DNA of 55,802 bases from positions 1-55,802 of the IMG/VR virus record IMGVR_UViG_3300043451_000181, one strand, 5' to 3'. Origin of the DNA: a virus (Duplodnaviria; Caudoviricetes). Each line of letters begins with the position of its first letter. The first letter of the stretch is position 1. Positions 6,167 through 16,549 of the stretch are shown here, piece after piece. A program made the translations under genes and the position numbers. The notes below the pieces were generated by a model that was given only the letters and a program-made list of their open reading frames with translations, had not been told where the DNA came from and searched no databases.

Positions 6167-9100
6167 TTATTTAACGACTGCCAGCCCAGCCTGGACTGTC
6201 AAGAGCTCATCCAATACCCCTGGCAGCTGCAACGCACCCCCACGGAAAGGCATGTTGCCGGCGTGATGTACCAGTGAGGAATCCAGAACGATGGGTCCCA
6301 AATCCACAAATCTGTTCAGCAGAATCATGCTCAACGCCCGAGCAGGGCGTTCCCTCATCGTCTCGAACAAGACACGCTGCACACGGTAGAAGTACTTCAT
6401 GAAGGGCGTGAAGCCCATGTCATCTAGGTACTGCAAGTTGCGCTGCATTGGCACGTCGTAGTGCACGAATGCGTTCAAGGTCTTTAGGATCGCCTTGTCA
6501 TGGCTCATCGGTTCCTTGCCTGTGGTCAGGTGCTCGTACATCGCATAGCGAGCCACGAAGTCTGAGTACTGAGTAGCACGGCTGAGCACCTTGTAGAGCG
6601 GCGTGTCGTGGGTCATGTAGACCACCTTGCTTGCCTTGCGCACACTCTCAGGCAACTTGTTGGTCCACTTCTCCAGCTTCTCGCTGAGCTCGCTCTTGTA
6701 GCTGTAGGGATCTTCCTGCAGGTCCACGTCTTCCACGATCGTGGGCATCAAGCCAGCTTCGACCAACTTGGTCACTGGGTTGCGCGCGATCTCGTTCTGC
6801 AAGCGAACCACCTCTTGCTCGAGCACTGAGCGGTTGCCGGCATAGCCAGAGTCCAGCTTCATCTGGATTTCCATCAAGCGCTTGCTGTGCTCTTCGTAGG
6901 CCATGATGCCGCGCAGTGCCGTCCACTGACGCTTCCAGCCATCATCCACACCGAGCAACCAAAGCAACGACACGTTGCTGTGAATGTTGCCCAAGAGCGT
7001 GATCAAGTTCTTGACCACGATGATATCTTTGACTTCCTTGTAGATCTCCTGCCAGCCACGCTCACCCTTGACGACAGCAGCACCCATGCGTTTGGCCCAA
7101 TCGTCGGCTTCCTCTTGAGACTTGCCGCGGTACAGAGCCAGCGAGTTGAAGAGGTTGCGAGCCATGAGCTCCACACCTTCCAAGTCCTTGCGCTCCTTGT
7201 TCAGGAAGTCACCGGCCGAGAGTTTGCGGTAGCCGAAGATCACGTCCACAGAATCCTTGCGAACCATGATTGAGTCACGGCCCCAGATCTTGCGAATGTC
7301 CATGCGCGTCTGCTCAGGCAACAGGTCCCAGAGCTCGCGGTTCTCGGGATCGCTCGAGAGCGGACCGATCTCCACGTAAGACCAAGGCGTCACCGACTTC
7401 TCTACCGTGTACTGGGTCAAGAGCGCCGTGATCGCTTGCTCGTTCAGCTCACGGCCCTTGTGCTTGTCGATGATCGAACCAGCCAAGGTGCCCATGACCT
7501 TGTCGAAGCGGTTCTCGCGCTTCAAGATTCGATCCTTGGTTTTGCCACCCATCATGTGGGCCCAGTTCACGACGTGTCCGTTGTCGTTATAGACCGGAGC
7601 CACGTTCACTTGCTTGTTGGCCGTCGGATCGAAGTTCGTATTCGAAGCCATGGCAGCCAACTCACCTTGCTTGGCAATCATCACCGAGTTCTGCAGCGAA
7701 GCGTTCCACGTGCCTTGGTAGGTGTTCGTGTTCATGAACCCGTTGTGGATCATCGTGCCCTTGGCTTTCATACCCGTCAACGACATCACACCCGACACAC
7801 GACGGGTCAGACCACCGTCACGGCGGATGTAGATGTGCTGCTTCATGCCGTAGACACCGGCCGCATCAGGGACGTTCTTGTCTGACGTCACCAGGTCACC
7901 CTTCTCGTAGCCCTGGGCTACCAGGCGAGCACCCTCTTGCTCATTGGCTACCTGAATCGTCACGTAAGCATCGTAGATCTCAGGCGTGTAGCCATGGGTC
8001 ATCTGCACACGGTTGCCATTAAAGAGGCGATCTAGCGATTCCTGCTCCATGTCCTTGTGCAACTTCAGCATCAGGTCGACCCCGTTGCCATCGGTGCGCA
8101 GGTTCTCTTGCTCCATGATGGACGACACCGCTTGGCGATCCTTCACGGTGCTGTACTTGATCGCGTACAACGAAACCAACGAAGCAATCTTGCTCTCTTC
8201 TGCAGCGGCTTGGGCTTCGGTGATCTGGCCAGCGTATTGGGTGTCCAACATGCGAGCAATCACGTAGGCATTACGCATCAGGAACGGCACGGTGTTCAGG
8301 TCCGTGGCTTTGAAGTAGCCAAGGCCTTTGGCCATGTTGATGTGCATCTGCTTCAAGCCCGTCGTCAACGACGCTTCTACCGCGGCAATTTCTTGGTCCA
8401 ACGCGGTGTTGCTGCTGACCATCTGCGCAATCTGAGCCAACGAGTACTGACCCATCAAGTTGTGGGCACCGCTTCGCAGCAGCACCGAAGTCAATGCAAC
8501 CTTGTCTTCCTTACCCAACGACTTGCCGCCATTTTTGAACTCTTTCAGCAACACGCTGGCCGTTTGCGCGATGGCATTCTGGCGAAGGTTCTCGCTGTGC
8601 TTCGTCATCAGGAGCAAGGCCTGAACCAACTCTGCAGGGCCCTTCATCTCACGCATCAAGCCAGCCCACACACCATCACGCTCATCGGTGGCATGATCAC
8701 GCAGGCTTCGCAGTGCCGTCATCACGGCAGCAGCACGACCCGAAGCCGCCACCTTGCCGATCGCAGCACCCCACTTCACGATACCGGAGGAGGAGTTGCG
8801 AACGATCGGGCTGTTGGCAAAGTCGATGACCTTCTGCTTGGAGGCGTCGACCAGATCCTTGGTCATGTCTTCGACCACGGCGCCGTACTTCTGGAACGCG
8901 GTCTCACCGGCATTGGCCTTGAAGCGATGCTTGGCTTCGATGTCCATCAGGCGATCGACCAGTGCTTCCAACTTGGAGTCAGCCTTCTGACCCGCGTAGG
9001 TGTTGGTGGCCTTGTGGTTGAAGTAGGCCAAGATCTGTTCGAACCAAGCGTTCAAACGATCGAAGAGCGACTTCTCGTTGCCCACATTCACGCGACCAGC

Positions 9101-12100
9101 TTCCGTCTTGAAGTTCAGCAGACCCTTGAACTTCTCATTGGCTAGGCCCAGCGCAGCAAAGCGAGACAGGTAGTCCGAACGACCATCGTTGCCACCTTCG
9201 ATGTTGAAGACGAAAGCATGATCCGCTGCTGTGAAGCCAGCGTTCACGAAGTCCTGAACGGTCAGCGTTTCCTTGGCTTCGGTGAAGAGCTTGTAGAGCT
9301 CGCGGTATGCCGGCTTGGTGGTGATGTCGTTGATGCTCAGTGCCGAGGCCACTGTGGCTTCGACCTGCTCCATCACGAACACTTCCTGTGCACTGGCTGC
9401 AAAGTTGGAGTTCACCAACTTCGAAGCAAACGGTGCCACCCCAGTCTCGATCGCCTTGAGCCAAGCATCCATCGGAGTGCTGGCCATGGACGACTTCATC
9501 GCTTCCTTCAAGGTACCGAACGGACCGTAGACCGACTGCACCATGCCAGAGAGCAAGTTGCTCATGTGGCTTTGGAAGGATGGGCTGACGTTGCCCTTGT
9601 CCAAAGACTTGAACACTTGCTGGGCAGTGAACTCCGCCCCTGCTTGCTGGCTTTGCTGAGACAGATTGATGCTTGTGGTTTCGTTGGTTTGTTGGCTGGC
9701 TTCGTTGAAGAGACCAGACACGTTGCTCACCAACACCGACAGACCACTGTCCATGTTTTCATCAGGCTTCTTGTAGAGCAAGCCGACCAGCGTGGAGATG
9801 AACTTCTGCATGCCGGTCACCAGAGCACTGCCACGAGTCTTGGACTCGAAGGTGATCTTGGTCAAGACTTCCTTCTGGAAGTCCAGATTGCTCATGCCCC
9901 AAGCCACGAATTCTTGAACGTCATTCAGTGCCGCATCGAACTGGGTCAGGCCATTGGCTGCAGCGAACTCCTTGGCCTTGGCCATGAGAGATTCCAGCTC
10001 ACCCACCAGCTTCTTGCCTTCGGCCGTGGGGTTGGCAATCGTCTTGGCCACGGCGGCATGGATCAATTCATGCAGCAAGGTCTCAGCCGTCAAGCCAGAG
10101 TTCTTGAACTCAGGGCTCAGGACGTAGATCGACTCTGCATTGCCCTTCACCACGTACCAACCGCGTGAGGGGGACTTGGCTTTCTCGAGCACTTGCTCTT
10201 CCGTCGTGCGCGAGGTCACGTACTGGATCGGCAGATCAGCTGAGACCACACGGCTGACCAGTTGCAGCAACTTGCGGTTCACAGGGCTGAGGCGCCCTGC
10301 CGCCGACAACAGATCAATCACCTGCTTGGCCGTGGCATTCGGGTTTACCCTGAAGAATTCCACCAGATCACGATCGCTGGCGATGGCAGGCTTGCCCAAC
10401 TCACCGATCGAGCTCTTGCCGACCGTCTTGTCCTGCTCGATCACCACCGGATCGGCCTTTACGGACGTCTCAGCCAAGGCCTTATTCAGGGCCTCTGTGG
10501 CCGCAATGAGGGTTGGGTCTACCGCAGACACCTGCAGGTGCTTTTGGAGGGCTTCCTGCGCGTTTTGGCGGTCCTGCTTGGTCACCATGTACTCGCCACC
10601 TTCCCAGGTGTACTGGTCGATAGATGTCATCTGAGCCAAGGTCTCCAAACGGACGCGGTTGGCTTCGAACTGGGCACGGAAAGCCAGATCCAACACTACC
10701 GATGCCAGTTTGTCGTCAGCAATCTCGTTACGCAGCGCGTAAGGGAGCTGCGCACGCAGTGCCTGCTTGATGCCGGCCAGTGCTTCGGGGGAAAGTTCCC
10801 CTGCCTGAGCCATCTGGGCTGCGTTTTGCAGCACGCGCACAAGCATGTTGTAACTTTCGGTCGCTGGCGAGAATTTGAGCATGCCTTCCCAAGTCGATTG
10901 GTTGATGGCTTGGGCTGTTTTCTCCACATTGCCCACCCCGTTCGCCGCTTCGTCGTGCACGTTCAGTGTTTCAGTCCCGATCAGAGACATGTGCATGATG
11001 AAACTGTCCAGCGAGTGCATGAAGTACGGCAAACCGGCAACCCCGGGGTTGCGTTCGCTCTGAGTCAGGGCTTGACCCACGAATGTCGACACGGGATAGC
11101 CGTTTTTCTTCGGAATGCGCTTGCCCAACTGGATCTTGACGCGGTTGCTGGCCTCGTCGCTCGTCATTGGACTGTTCTTGGCCATCATCAGGCCAGCATC
11201 GAGCTCGTTGTTGTCGACCGTGTAAGCAGTGTTGGCCATAGGCATGATGGCCTTGACCTTCTCACGCAAGGCTTGCTCTTGAGCCATCGTCATGTTGTGG
11301 ATCGGGACCTTCTTGCCGTCACGTTCAACGGTGTCGATCTCGCCTGCCTCGATCAAGCGTTGGATTTCCTTGGCCTTGAGGTCTTGGTAGATCGCGTTGT
11401 AGATCTCGAACGATCCTTGGATCGTGCGGTTGATGTCATTGCGGCGGTTCAGGTACGTTTCGAAGTACGCCTTCATGGTGTCTTCAACACGTGAGCCGAT
11501 CTGCTCATAGAACTTGTCGGCCAGCTTTTGACGGTCTGCCTTCGTGAAGCGCTTCTCCATCAGTTCGTCGATGGGGGTGTTCTCGGACAGGTTGGTACCC
11601 AGCAGCTGGTTCAAACCAAAGATCAAATCCGCACGACTGGTCTTCTTGTCTTGGCCAGTGGCCACCGCTTCGATGCGGTCAATCACTTGCTGGACGAAAG
11701 CTTCCTGCATGCTGCGCACCGAACCATCAATGGACGAACCAAAGATGAAAGCGGTCAGCGGTGTCTTGGCCAGCTTGCGGCCGTCGGTGGTGACTTTTTC
11801 GTTCTCGTCGATCAGTTTTTTGGTAAAGACGCTGATGGCTGCAAAGTCCTTGGTCACGGCGATGCCGTTCAAGATCTGGAAGGCCAAGTCTTCGTACAGG
11901 TCCAAGCTGGTCGCGCGCTCGTACCAGTGGTTGTAGTTCTTGACGCCGTCGTCGCTCTTGTACATGCCGCCACGGTTCAGACGGGTGAACAAGTTCTTGG
12001 CCGTATCGGCAGCACCCAAAGCCAACTGAGTCAAGATCGGGCCGTTGGTCTTGCCGTCCACGCCCACCAGCATGTGCACAGTGACATCGTTCACGTCAGC

Positions 12101-15100
12101 ACCGGACTCTTGCTGAGCCACGGCATTCAACACTTTGCCGTAAGCCACCAGGGCCTGGAGAGATTGCATGCCTTCACGACCGGCAGCAAACTCAGCAACC
12201 TCTTGCTTCTGACCGCCGGTCAAGGCATTGGCATCATTGGATTCGATTGCCGCGGCAACGGCCATGGCAAGCTTCTTGATCGCACCGTCGTTCTCAGCCA
12301 TGCGATCGTTGAACAACTGCAGCGTGGCCACATTGTTCTGCTGGTCCACCTTGACCCCAAATGCCTGAGCCACGGCCAACTCGAATCGGTCCATGGCCTT
12401 GCGGTCGTTCAGGTTCAACTTGGTCACCCACTCAGGGCGGTAGAACATGAAGCGATGGATCTTGCTGCCTTGCAAGTTCATGTCTTGAGTTGCCACACCC
12501 ACACGGAAGTTTCGCCACACTTCGTAAGTCGCATAGAAGGCCTGCTCCAGTTTGTTGGGGCTGTTCTTCTCTGCGTCTTGCACCAAGTTCTTCATGCCTT
12601 CGAGCTGAACTTCCAAGCCGTCGTTCTTGGCTTGCATGTTCAAACGGTTCTCGACGTGCAATTTGGACTCGTCGTACTCCTTCCAGCCAGCGGCTTGCAG
12701 GATCACGGTGTCACCCAACACGTTCAACGCATTCCACATGGCTGGGATGATGCGATGGGGGACTTGCTGGGCTGCGTCCAAGATCTTGCGTTGCTTCTCG
12801 GTGATGTTCTGGCCGGTCTTCTTTGCGTAGGCCTGAGAAAAACGACGTGGGACCCAAGAAGCGTAAGCGGGTGAAGCCTCGGAGCTGAACATACGAGTCA
12901 GCACACCGCGTGAGCCTACGGAGGAATCCTTGATCTCCTTGTTGGCGCCGGTTAGCTTGAGATTGCTGCGAACCACGCGCACGTACTCAAACTGGGCAAA
13001 CTCGTTGTCCACGTTCAAGCCATCGATGAATTCGTTCATCTCGGCACCGGTGTAATTCACGGTGTCAATGAGGTCTTGTGAAGCCAAGAGCACAATGGCT
13101 TGCAGGCCAAAAGCTGTCTGCAGTTTGGCCATGTAATTGGCTTCGGCTTTTGCGTTGGCTTTCAGGCCCAAGGCGTCGACGATGTGCTTGCCGATGTTGG
13201 CAGCGGCACGGTCTTGCGTCGTGGCCAGATCCGACAAGGCTTTCATGCCCGCAGTGGTCACCGACAAGTCCATGTTCTCGCGCAAGCCATTCATCTTCAG
13301 GATGGCTTCGGAGTCCTTCAATGCCGTACCGTTGACGGTCTCAGCCATCCAGCTGTAGGCACCATAGGCAATGGCCGTGACGAGGTTCTCGTCCACCGAA
13401 CCATCTGCATTGAAGAAGTCTTGGAGCGGATCTTCGAACAAGAAGTCTGCTCGTGGCTTGACACCCTTTAAATTGGCCAAGCCACCCTTGATCAATTGCT
13501 CACGGATCAGGGGTGCCCACTTATTGGCAAACTTCTGGAAGTTGGTCAGCGAGCCAATCTCTTCGTCGGTCAATGACTCTTGGAAGAAGTCCGTGGGTAC
13601 CACTGTGCCGGCATTCCACAGGCTCAGCAGGTTGCCGACCGACACCAGGGGACGATCCTTGGCGATGTCCGCATCCTTTTCGATGCGCTTCTTAGTCTGG
13701 GTCAGGAAAGCCACAGCCTTGTTGAGGGTGCGATACACAGCACCCAACTTGGTACCTGCAGGCAACACTTCATCGGCCGACTTGTCTTGAAATACCGACA
13801 AGCCTTGAGTGCTCGACGCATCTTCAAGTGCCGCTTCGGGCACGTCTTCGACTGTGGTACCTTCCTCAGTAGACTGGGTTTCAGCTGTAGTCGACTTAGT
13901 AGATTCAGTCGACACAGTTTCTACAGTCTTCGCAGAAGAGCCGGAGGCTTCCTCAGTTACTCCATCGGCTTGAGCCGCTTCAGCTGTGTCAGCTGACTTG
14001 CTGCTCTGTACATCTGGCTTTGCGGATCCTTGTTCATCGCTTGCAGCTCCTGCTTCGGCACTTGCTTCTGCCGGGGCCGTAGCTTGCTCTGTCGAGCTCT
14101 CTTGAACTCCCGGGGCGGGTGATACGTTCTTGACATTGGAACCACCAAACTTGACTTTGTACGCTGCAGTCAGCTCGTCATAGGCAGAACTCAGTGCAGC
14201 TGCTTCAGTTTGGATTTCCCGCGGCAACTTTGCCGATGCCTTGGTGATGTCCAAACCACCGTTTTCTTGACGGGCGTCTGCCGAAGCAAACTTGCCCTCT
14301 TCCACTTTCCAATTCCCATCGGCCAAGCGCACCAGACGGCGATCAGCGCCGCCGGCCTTGACTTCGGCATAGGCATCGGTGACCAACTTGGCTTTCTTGG
14401 CATGGCCTGTGGCAAATGCCTTGAGCAGGATCAGGAAGCGTGCAGCTTCCTTGCGGTCTCCAGTGGCCAGTGCATTGCCGACTTCCTCTCGGTAGTCCTT
14501 GATGCCCAGCATGCGTGGTTTGCCTTTGGTAGGGTCGGCCGCTGCACCCAGGTAAATCTCTTGGCTGGTCTCACCCATGGTGAGCAGACTGTTGGCATGC
14601 GCACGCGCCTTCGAGAACACACGGAAGTACGCGCGCTGGTCTGCAGTCAGGCTTTCTGACTGAGCCAATCGCTGAGCTGTCTCATCGGACAAGCGCTCAG
14701 GTGCAGCCATCGACAAATTGATGATCTTGTCGGCTGCTGCTTGTGAAGCCACAGGGTCTGCGGCCGTGATGTTCTTGGCTTCCGCTTCGACATCCACATC
14801 AACCGACTGCAGGTCTTTACGAAAACGGGAGACCGTGTCCTTGGATGCCTGAATCTGGTCTTCCAATGCAGTGATTTCTTGCTGGCGAGTGGCCAACGTC
14901 TCTGCTGCAGCCTTCTCATCGAAGCGATCAATCTTGCCTTGCACACCATCGATCCATGTCTTGATGACATTGACCTGATTGGTGTCGGTAGGATCGGTTG
15001 CGGCCAGCGCATCGTTGGCCATGGCCAGATCTGCTACCAGACCTTCCTTGGTGATGCGGCTCAAACTGTTTTTCAGCGTTTCCACATGGGTCTGCGCATC

Positions 15101-16483
15101 CGACACCACCTTGGCGGCTTGCTCGAGTGCTGCTTGCTTGTCCTCTGCGGACTTGCCTTCTTGCGATGCAATGGCTTGAAGACCTTGCACAGCCAAACCA
15201 GGGTTGTAGGTCGCGCTCTTGGGATCGACTAACGCAGACACGTCGCCGCTTGCGATGATTGCCTTGAGCGTGTCCTGATCGCTGCTCTCCTGTACACGTG
15301 CAACGGCGAGATTGCGAATCGACTCAGGGACTGTGGTGTTCAGGGCTTGCACCCCACCACCCAACAAGCCACCCATGAAGGCGCCTTGGCCGGCAGCATT
15401 ACCCACACCCTCAGCCAATGACTGGTTGGGGTTGATCTGTCGGGTAGCGACGTTGTTGAGGAACTGGCCAGAGCCTTCCTCCAAACCTTCTTGGGTACCT
15501 TCGGCAGCAAACACCTTGGGCACCATGCCGATGCTGGCCTTACCCTTGCCAACGAGAGCCTTCTCGAGGGCAGCACCCCCGGGGACCATCTTGGTGCTCA
15601 GCAACGAAGCGCCGGCTGCGGCCAACGTGGCTTTGCTGGCCAGGTCGGATGCGATTTCCTGTTTGGCTGCGTCGGCACCCACCTCTTGCGCGCGGGCGAG
15701 GTACTCAGGGTTCTGAAGCCAGAGGTCATCTGGCAGGGCCATGAGGCGTTGCATCGTGTCAGAGCCGACATCGATGCCCTGCAACCCAGCACTGAAGCCA
15801 ACAGCACCGGCTGTAGCGCTCTTCTCGAGAGCGGCTTCACCCAACTTGGTAGCGGCCAGCTTCGGCGCTGCCTTGGCGGCAACCTTGGCACCGGCTTCCA
15901 CGGTACGGCCGACCTTGCCGGTCACGCCCAACTGTGCGGCTTGCTGAGCCAAGAACTCAGGGATGCTCGTGGGATCCTTCATGGCTTCCCAGAAAGACGA
16001 TCCGAACTCGGTAGCCACCTGAGCCGCTGTGCCGGCAAGCCCATCACCCACGGCATCCTTGACGGCTTGGCCACGTTCGGCCGTGACAGCACTTTTTTCT
16101 TGGGTCTTGTACTGGGACAAGGCCGATTTCATCTTCTCTTGATCGTCTTGCCACTCGCTGAGTTTTTGCGTGGCAGGACCATAGAAATTGCCAGTCATGG
16201 CCTTGTCGACAACCATGGTGGGCAGCTTCAGAAGCGTTTCTGCACCTTGCACACCCGCCAGACCCACATCAGCAAAGTCTTCCAGCACCGAAGAACCCGT
16301 GCGGCTCTTCCAATAGAGATCGTCGTTGCGGGTATTGGTGCGAATTTCTTCTTTCAGCTGCGCAATCTTCTCATCGCTGGCTTTTTGCACCGCATCGTAC
16401 TTGGCATTCAGACCGTATTCCTTTTGGCGGTCCATTTCTTGAGTGATGCGGTCGTTGAAGTAGTCGCGGTAACTGTCTGCCAT
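6167..16483 (-). CDS. Virion-encapsidated RNA polymerase (N4 gp50-like vRNAP)
   Basis: 3438 aa with no Cys seen on reading, a known vRNAP hallmark. T7-like motifs: A (GVDGKTNGP), B (RKLAKTPLTAFIFG), C (LNVHDE). Located at the end of the late operon. Confidence 0.96.
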   Translation of the reverse strand: MADSYRDYFNDRITQEMDRQKEYGLNAKYDAVQKASDEKIAQLKEEIRTNTRNDDLYWKSRTGSSVLEDFADVGLAGVQGAETLLKLPTMVVDKAMTGNFYGPATQKLSEWQDDQEKMKSALSQYKTQEKSAVTAERGQAVKDAVGDGLAGTAAQVATEFGSSFWEAMKDPTSIPEFLAQQAAQLGVTGKVGRTVEAGAKVAAKAAPKLAATKLGEAALEKSATAGAVGFSAGLQGIDVGSDTMQRLMALPDDLWLQNPEYLARAQEVGADAAKQEIASDLASKATLAAAGASLLSTKMVPGGAALEKALVGKGKASIGMVPKVFAAEGTQEGLEEGSGQFLNNVATRQINPNQSLAEGVGNAAGQGAFMGGLLGGGVQALNTTVPESIRNLAVARVQESSDQDTLKAIIASGDVSALVDPKSATYNPGLAVQGLQAIASQEGKSAEDKQAALEQAAKVVSDAQTHVETLKNSLSRITKEGLVADLAMANDALAATDPTDTNQVNVIKTWIDGVQGKIDRFDEKAAAETLATRQQEITALEDQIQASKDTVSRFRKDLQSVDVDVEAEAKNITAADPVASQAAADKIINLSMAAPERLSDETAQRLAQSESLTADQRAYFRVFSKARAHANSLLTMGETSQEIYLGAAADPTKGKPRMLGIKDYREEVGNALATGDRKEAARFLILLKAFATGHAKKAKLVTDAYAEVKAGGADRRLVRLADGNWKVEEGKFASADARQENGGLDITKASAKLPREIQTEAAALSSAYDELTAAYKVKFGGSNVKNVSPAPGVQESSTEQATAPAEASAEAGAASDEQGSAKPDVQSSKSADTAEAAQADGVTEEASGSSAKTVETVSTESTKSTTAETQSTEEGTTVEDVPEAALEDASSTQGLSVFQDKSADEVLPAGTKLGAVYRTLNKAVAFLTQTKKRIEKDADIAKDRPLVSVGNLLSLWNAGTVVPTDFFQESLTDEEIGSLTNFQKFANKWAPLIREQLIKGGLANLKGVKPRADFLFEDPLQDFFNADGSVDENLVTAIAYGAYSWMAETVNGTALKDSEAILKMNGLRENMDLSVTTAGMKALSDLATTQDRAAANIGKHIVDALGLKANAKAEANYMAKLQTAFGLQAIVLLASQDLIDTVNYTGAEMNEFIDGLNVDNEFAQFEYVRVVRSNLKLTGANKEIKDSSVGSRGVLTRMFSSEASPAYASWVPRRFSQAYAKKTGQNITEKQRKILDAAQQVPHRIIPAMWNALNVLGDTVILQAAGWKEYDESKLHVENRLNMQAKNDGLEVQLEGMKNLVQDAEKNSPNKLEQAFYATYEVWRNFRVGVATQDMNLQGSKIHRFMFYRPEWVTKLNLNDRKAMDRFELAVAQAFGVKVDQQNNVATLQLFNDRMAENDGAIKKLAMAVAAAIESNDANALTGGQKQEVAEFAAGREGMQSLQALVAYGKVLNAVAQQESGADVNDVTVHMLVGVDGKTNGPILTQLALGAADTAKNLFTRLNRGGMYKSDDGVKNYNHWYERATSLDLYEDLAFQILNGIAVTKDFAAISVFTKKLIDENEKVTTDGRKLAKTPLTAFIFGSSIDGSVRSMQEAFVQQVIDRIEAVATGQDKKTSRADLIFGLNQLLGTNLSENTPIDELMEKRFTKADRQKLADKFYEQIGSRVEDTMKAYFETYLNRRNDINRTIQGSFEIYNAIYQDLKAKEIQRLIEAGEIDTVERDGKKVPIHNMTMAQEQALREKVKAIMPMANTAYTVDNNELDAGLMMAKNSPMTSDEASNRVKIQLGKRIPKKNGYPVSTFVGQALTQSERNPGVAGLPYFMHSLDSFIMHMSLIGTETLNVHDEAANGVGNVEKTAQAINQSTWEGMLKFSPATESYNMLVRVLQNAAQMAQAGELSPEALAGIKQALRAQLPYALRNEIADDKLASVVLDLAFRAQFEANRVRLETLAQMTSIDQYTWEGGEYMVTKQDRQNAQEALQKHLQVSAVDPTLIAATEALNKALAETSVKADPVVIEQDKTVGKSSIGELGKPAIASDRDLVEFFRVNPNATAKQVIDLLSAAGRLSPVNRKLLQLVSRVVSADLPIQYVTSRTTEEQVLEKAKSPSRGWYVVKGNAESIYVLSPEFKNSGLTAETLLHELIHAAVAKTIANPTAEGKKLVGELESLMAKAKEFAAANGLTQFDAALNDVQEFVAWGMSNLDFQKEVLTKITFESKTRGSALVTGMQKFISTLVGLLYKKPDENMDSGLSVLVSNVSGLFNEASQQTNETTSINLSQQSQQAGAEFTAQQVFKSLDKGNVSPSFQSHMSNLLSGMVQSVYGPFGTLKEAMKSSMASTPMDAWLKAIETGVAPFASKLVNSNFAASAQEVFVMEQVEATVASALSINDITTKPAYRELYKLFTEAKETLTVQDFVNAGFTAADHAFVFNIEGGNDGRSDYLSRFAALGLANEKFKGLLNFKTEAGRVNVGNEKSLFDRLNAWFEQILAYFNHKATNTYAGQKADSKLEALVDRLMDIEAKHRFKANAGETAFQKYGAVVEDMTKDLVDASKQKVIDFANSPIVRNSSSGIVKWGAAIGKVAASGRAAAVMTALRSLRDHATDERDGVWAGLMREMKGPAELVQALLLMTKHSENLRQNAIAQTASVLLKEFKNGGKSLGKEDKVALTSVLLRSGAHNLMGQYSLAQIAQMVSSNTALDQEIAAVEASLTTGLKQMHINMAKGLGYFKATDLNTVPFLMRNAYVIARMLDTQYAGQITEAQAAAEESKIASLVSLYAIKYSTVKDRQAVSSIMEQENLRTDGNGVDLMLKLHKDMEQESLDRLFNGNRVQMTHGYTPEIYDAYVTIQVANEQEGARLVAQGYEKGDLVTSDKNVPDAAGVYGMKQHIYIRRDGGLTRRVSGVMSLTGMKAKGTMIHNGFMNTNTYQGTWNASLQNSVMIAKQGELAAMASNTNFDPTANKQVNVAPVYNDNGHVVNWAHMMGGKTKDRILKRENRFDKVMGTLAGSIIDKHKGRELNEQAITALLTQYTVEKSVTPWSYVEIGPLSSDPENRELWDLLPEQTRMDIRKIWGRDSIMVRKDSVDVIFGYRKLSAGDFLNKERKDLEGVELMARNLFNSLALYRGKSQEEADDWAKRMGAAVVKGERGWQEIYKEVKDIIVVKNLITLLGNIHSNVSLLWLLGVDDGWKRQWTALRGIMAYEEHSKRLMEIQMKLDSGYAGNRSVLEQEVVRLQNEIARNPVTKLVEAGLMPTIVEDVDLQEDPYSYKSELSEKLEKWTNKLPESVRKASKVVYMTHDTPLYKVLSRATQYSDFVARYAMYEHLTTGKEPMSHDKAILKTLNAFVHYDVPMQRNLQYLDDMGFTPFMKYFYRVQRVLFETMRERPARALSMILLNRFVDLGPIVLDSSLVHHAGNMPFRGGALQLPGVLDELLTVQAGLAVVK

Positions 16484-16503
16484 AAGATCTTTCTGCTACG
16501 CAT

Positions 16504-16537
16504 AAAAAAAGAGGGGCACCGTTTCCAGTGCCCCCTC
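16504..16537 (-). terminator. Intrinsic terminator just upstream of the vRNAP gene
   Basis: GAGGGGGCAC...GTGCCCCTC hairpin followed by T7 on the minus strand. Confidence 0.7.
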
Positions 16538-16549
16538 ATTATCCGCTAA

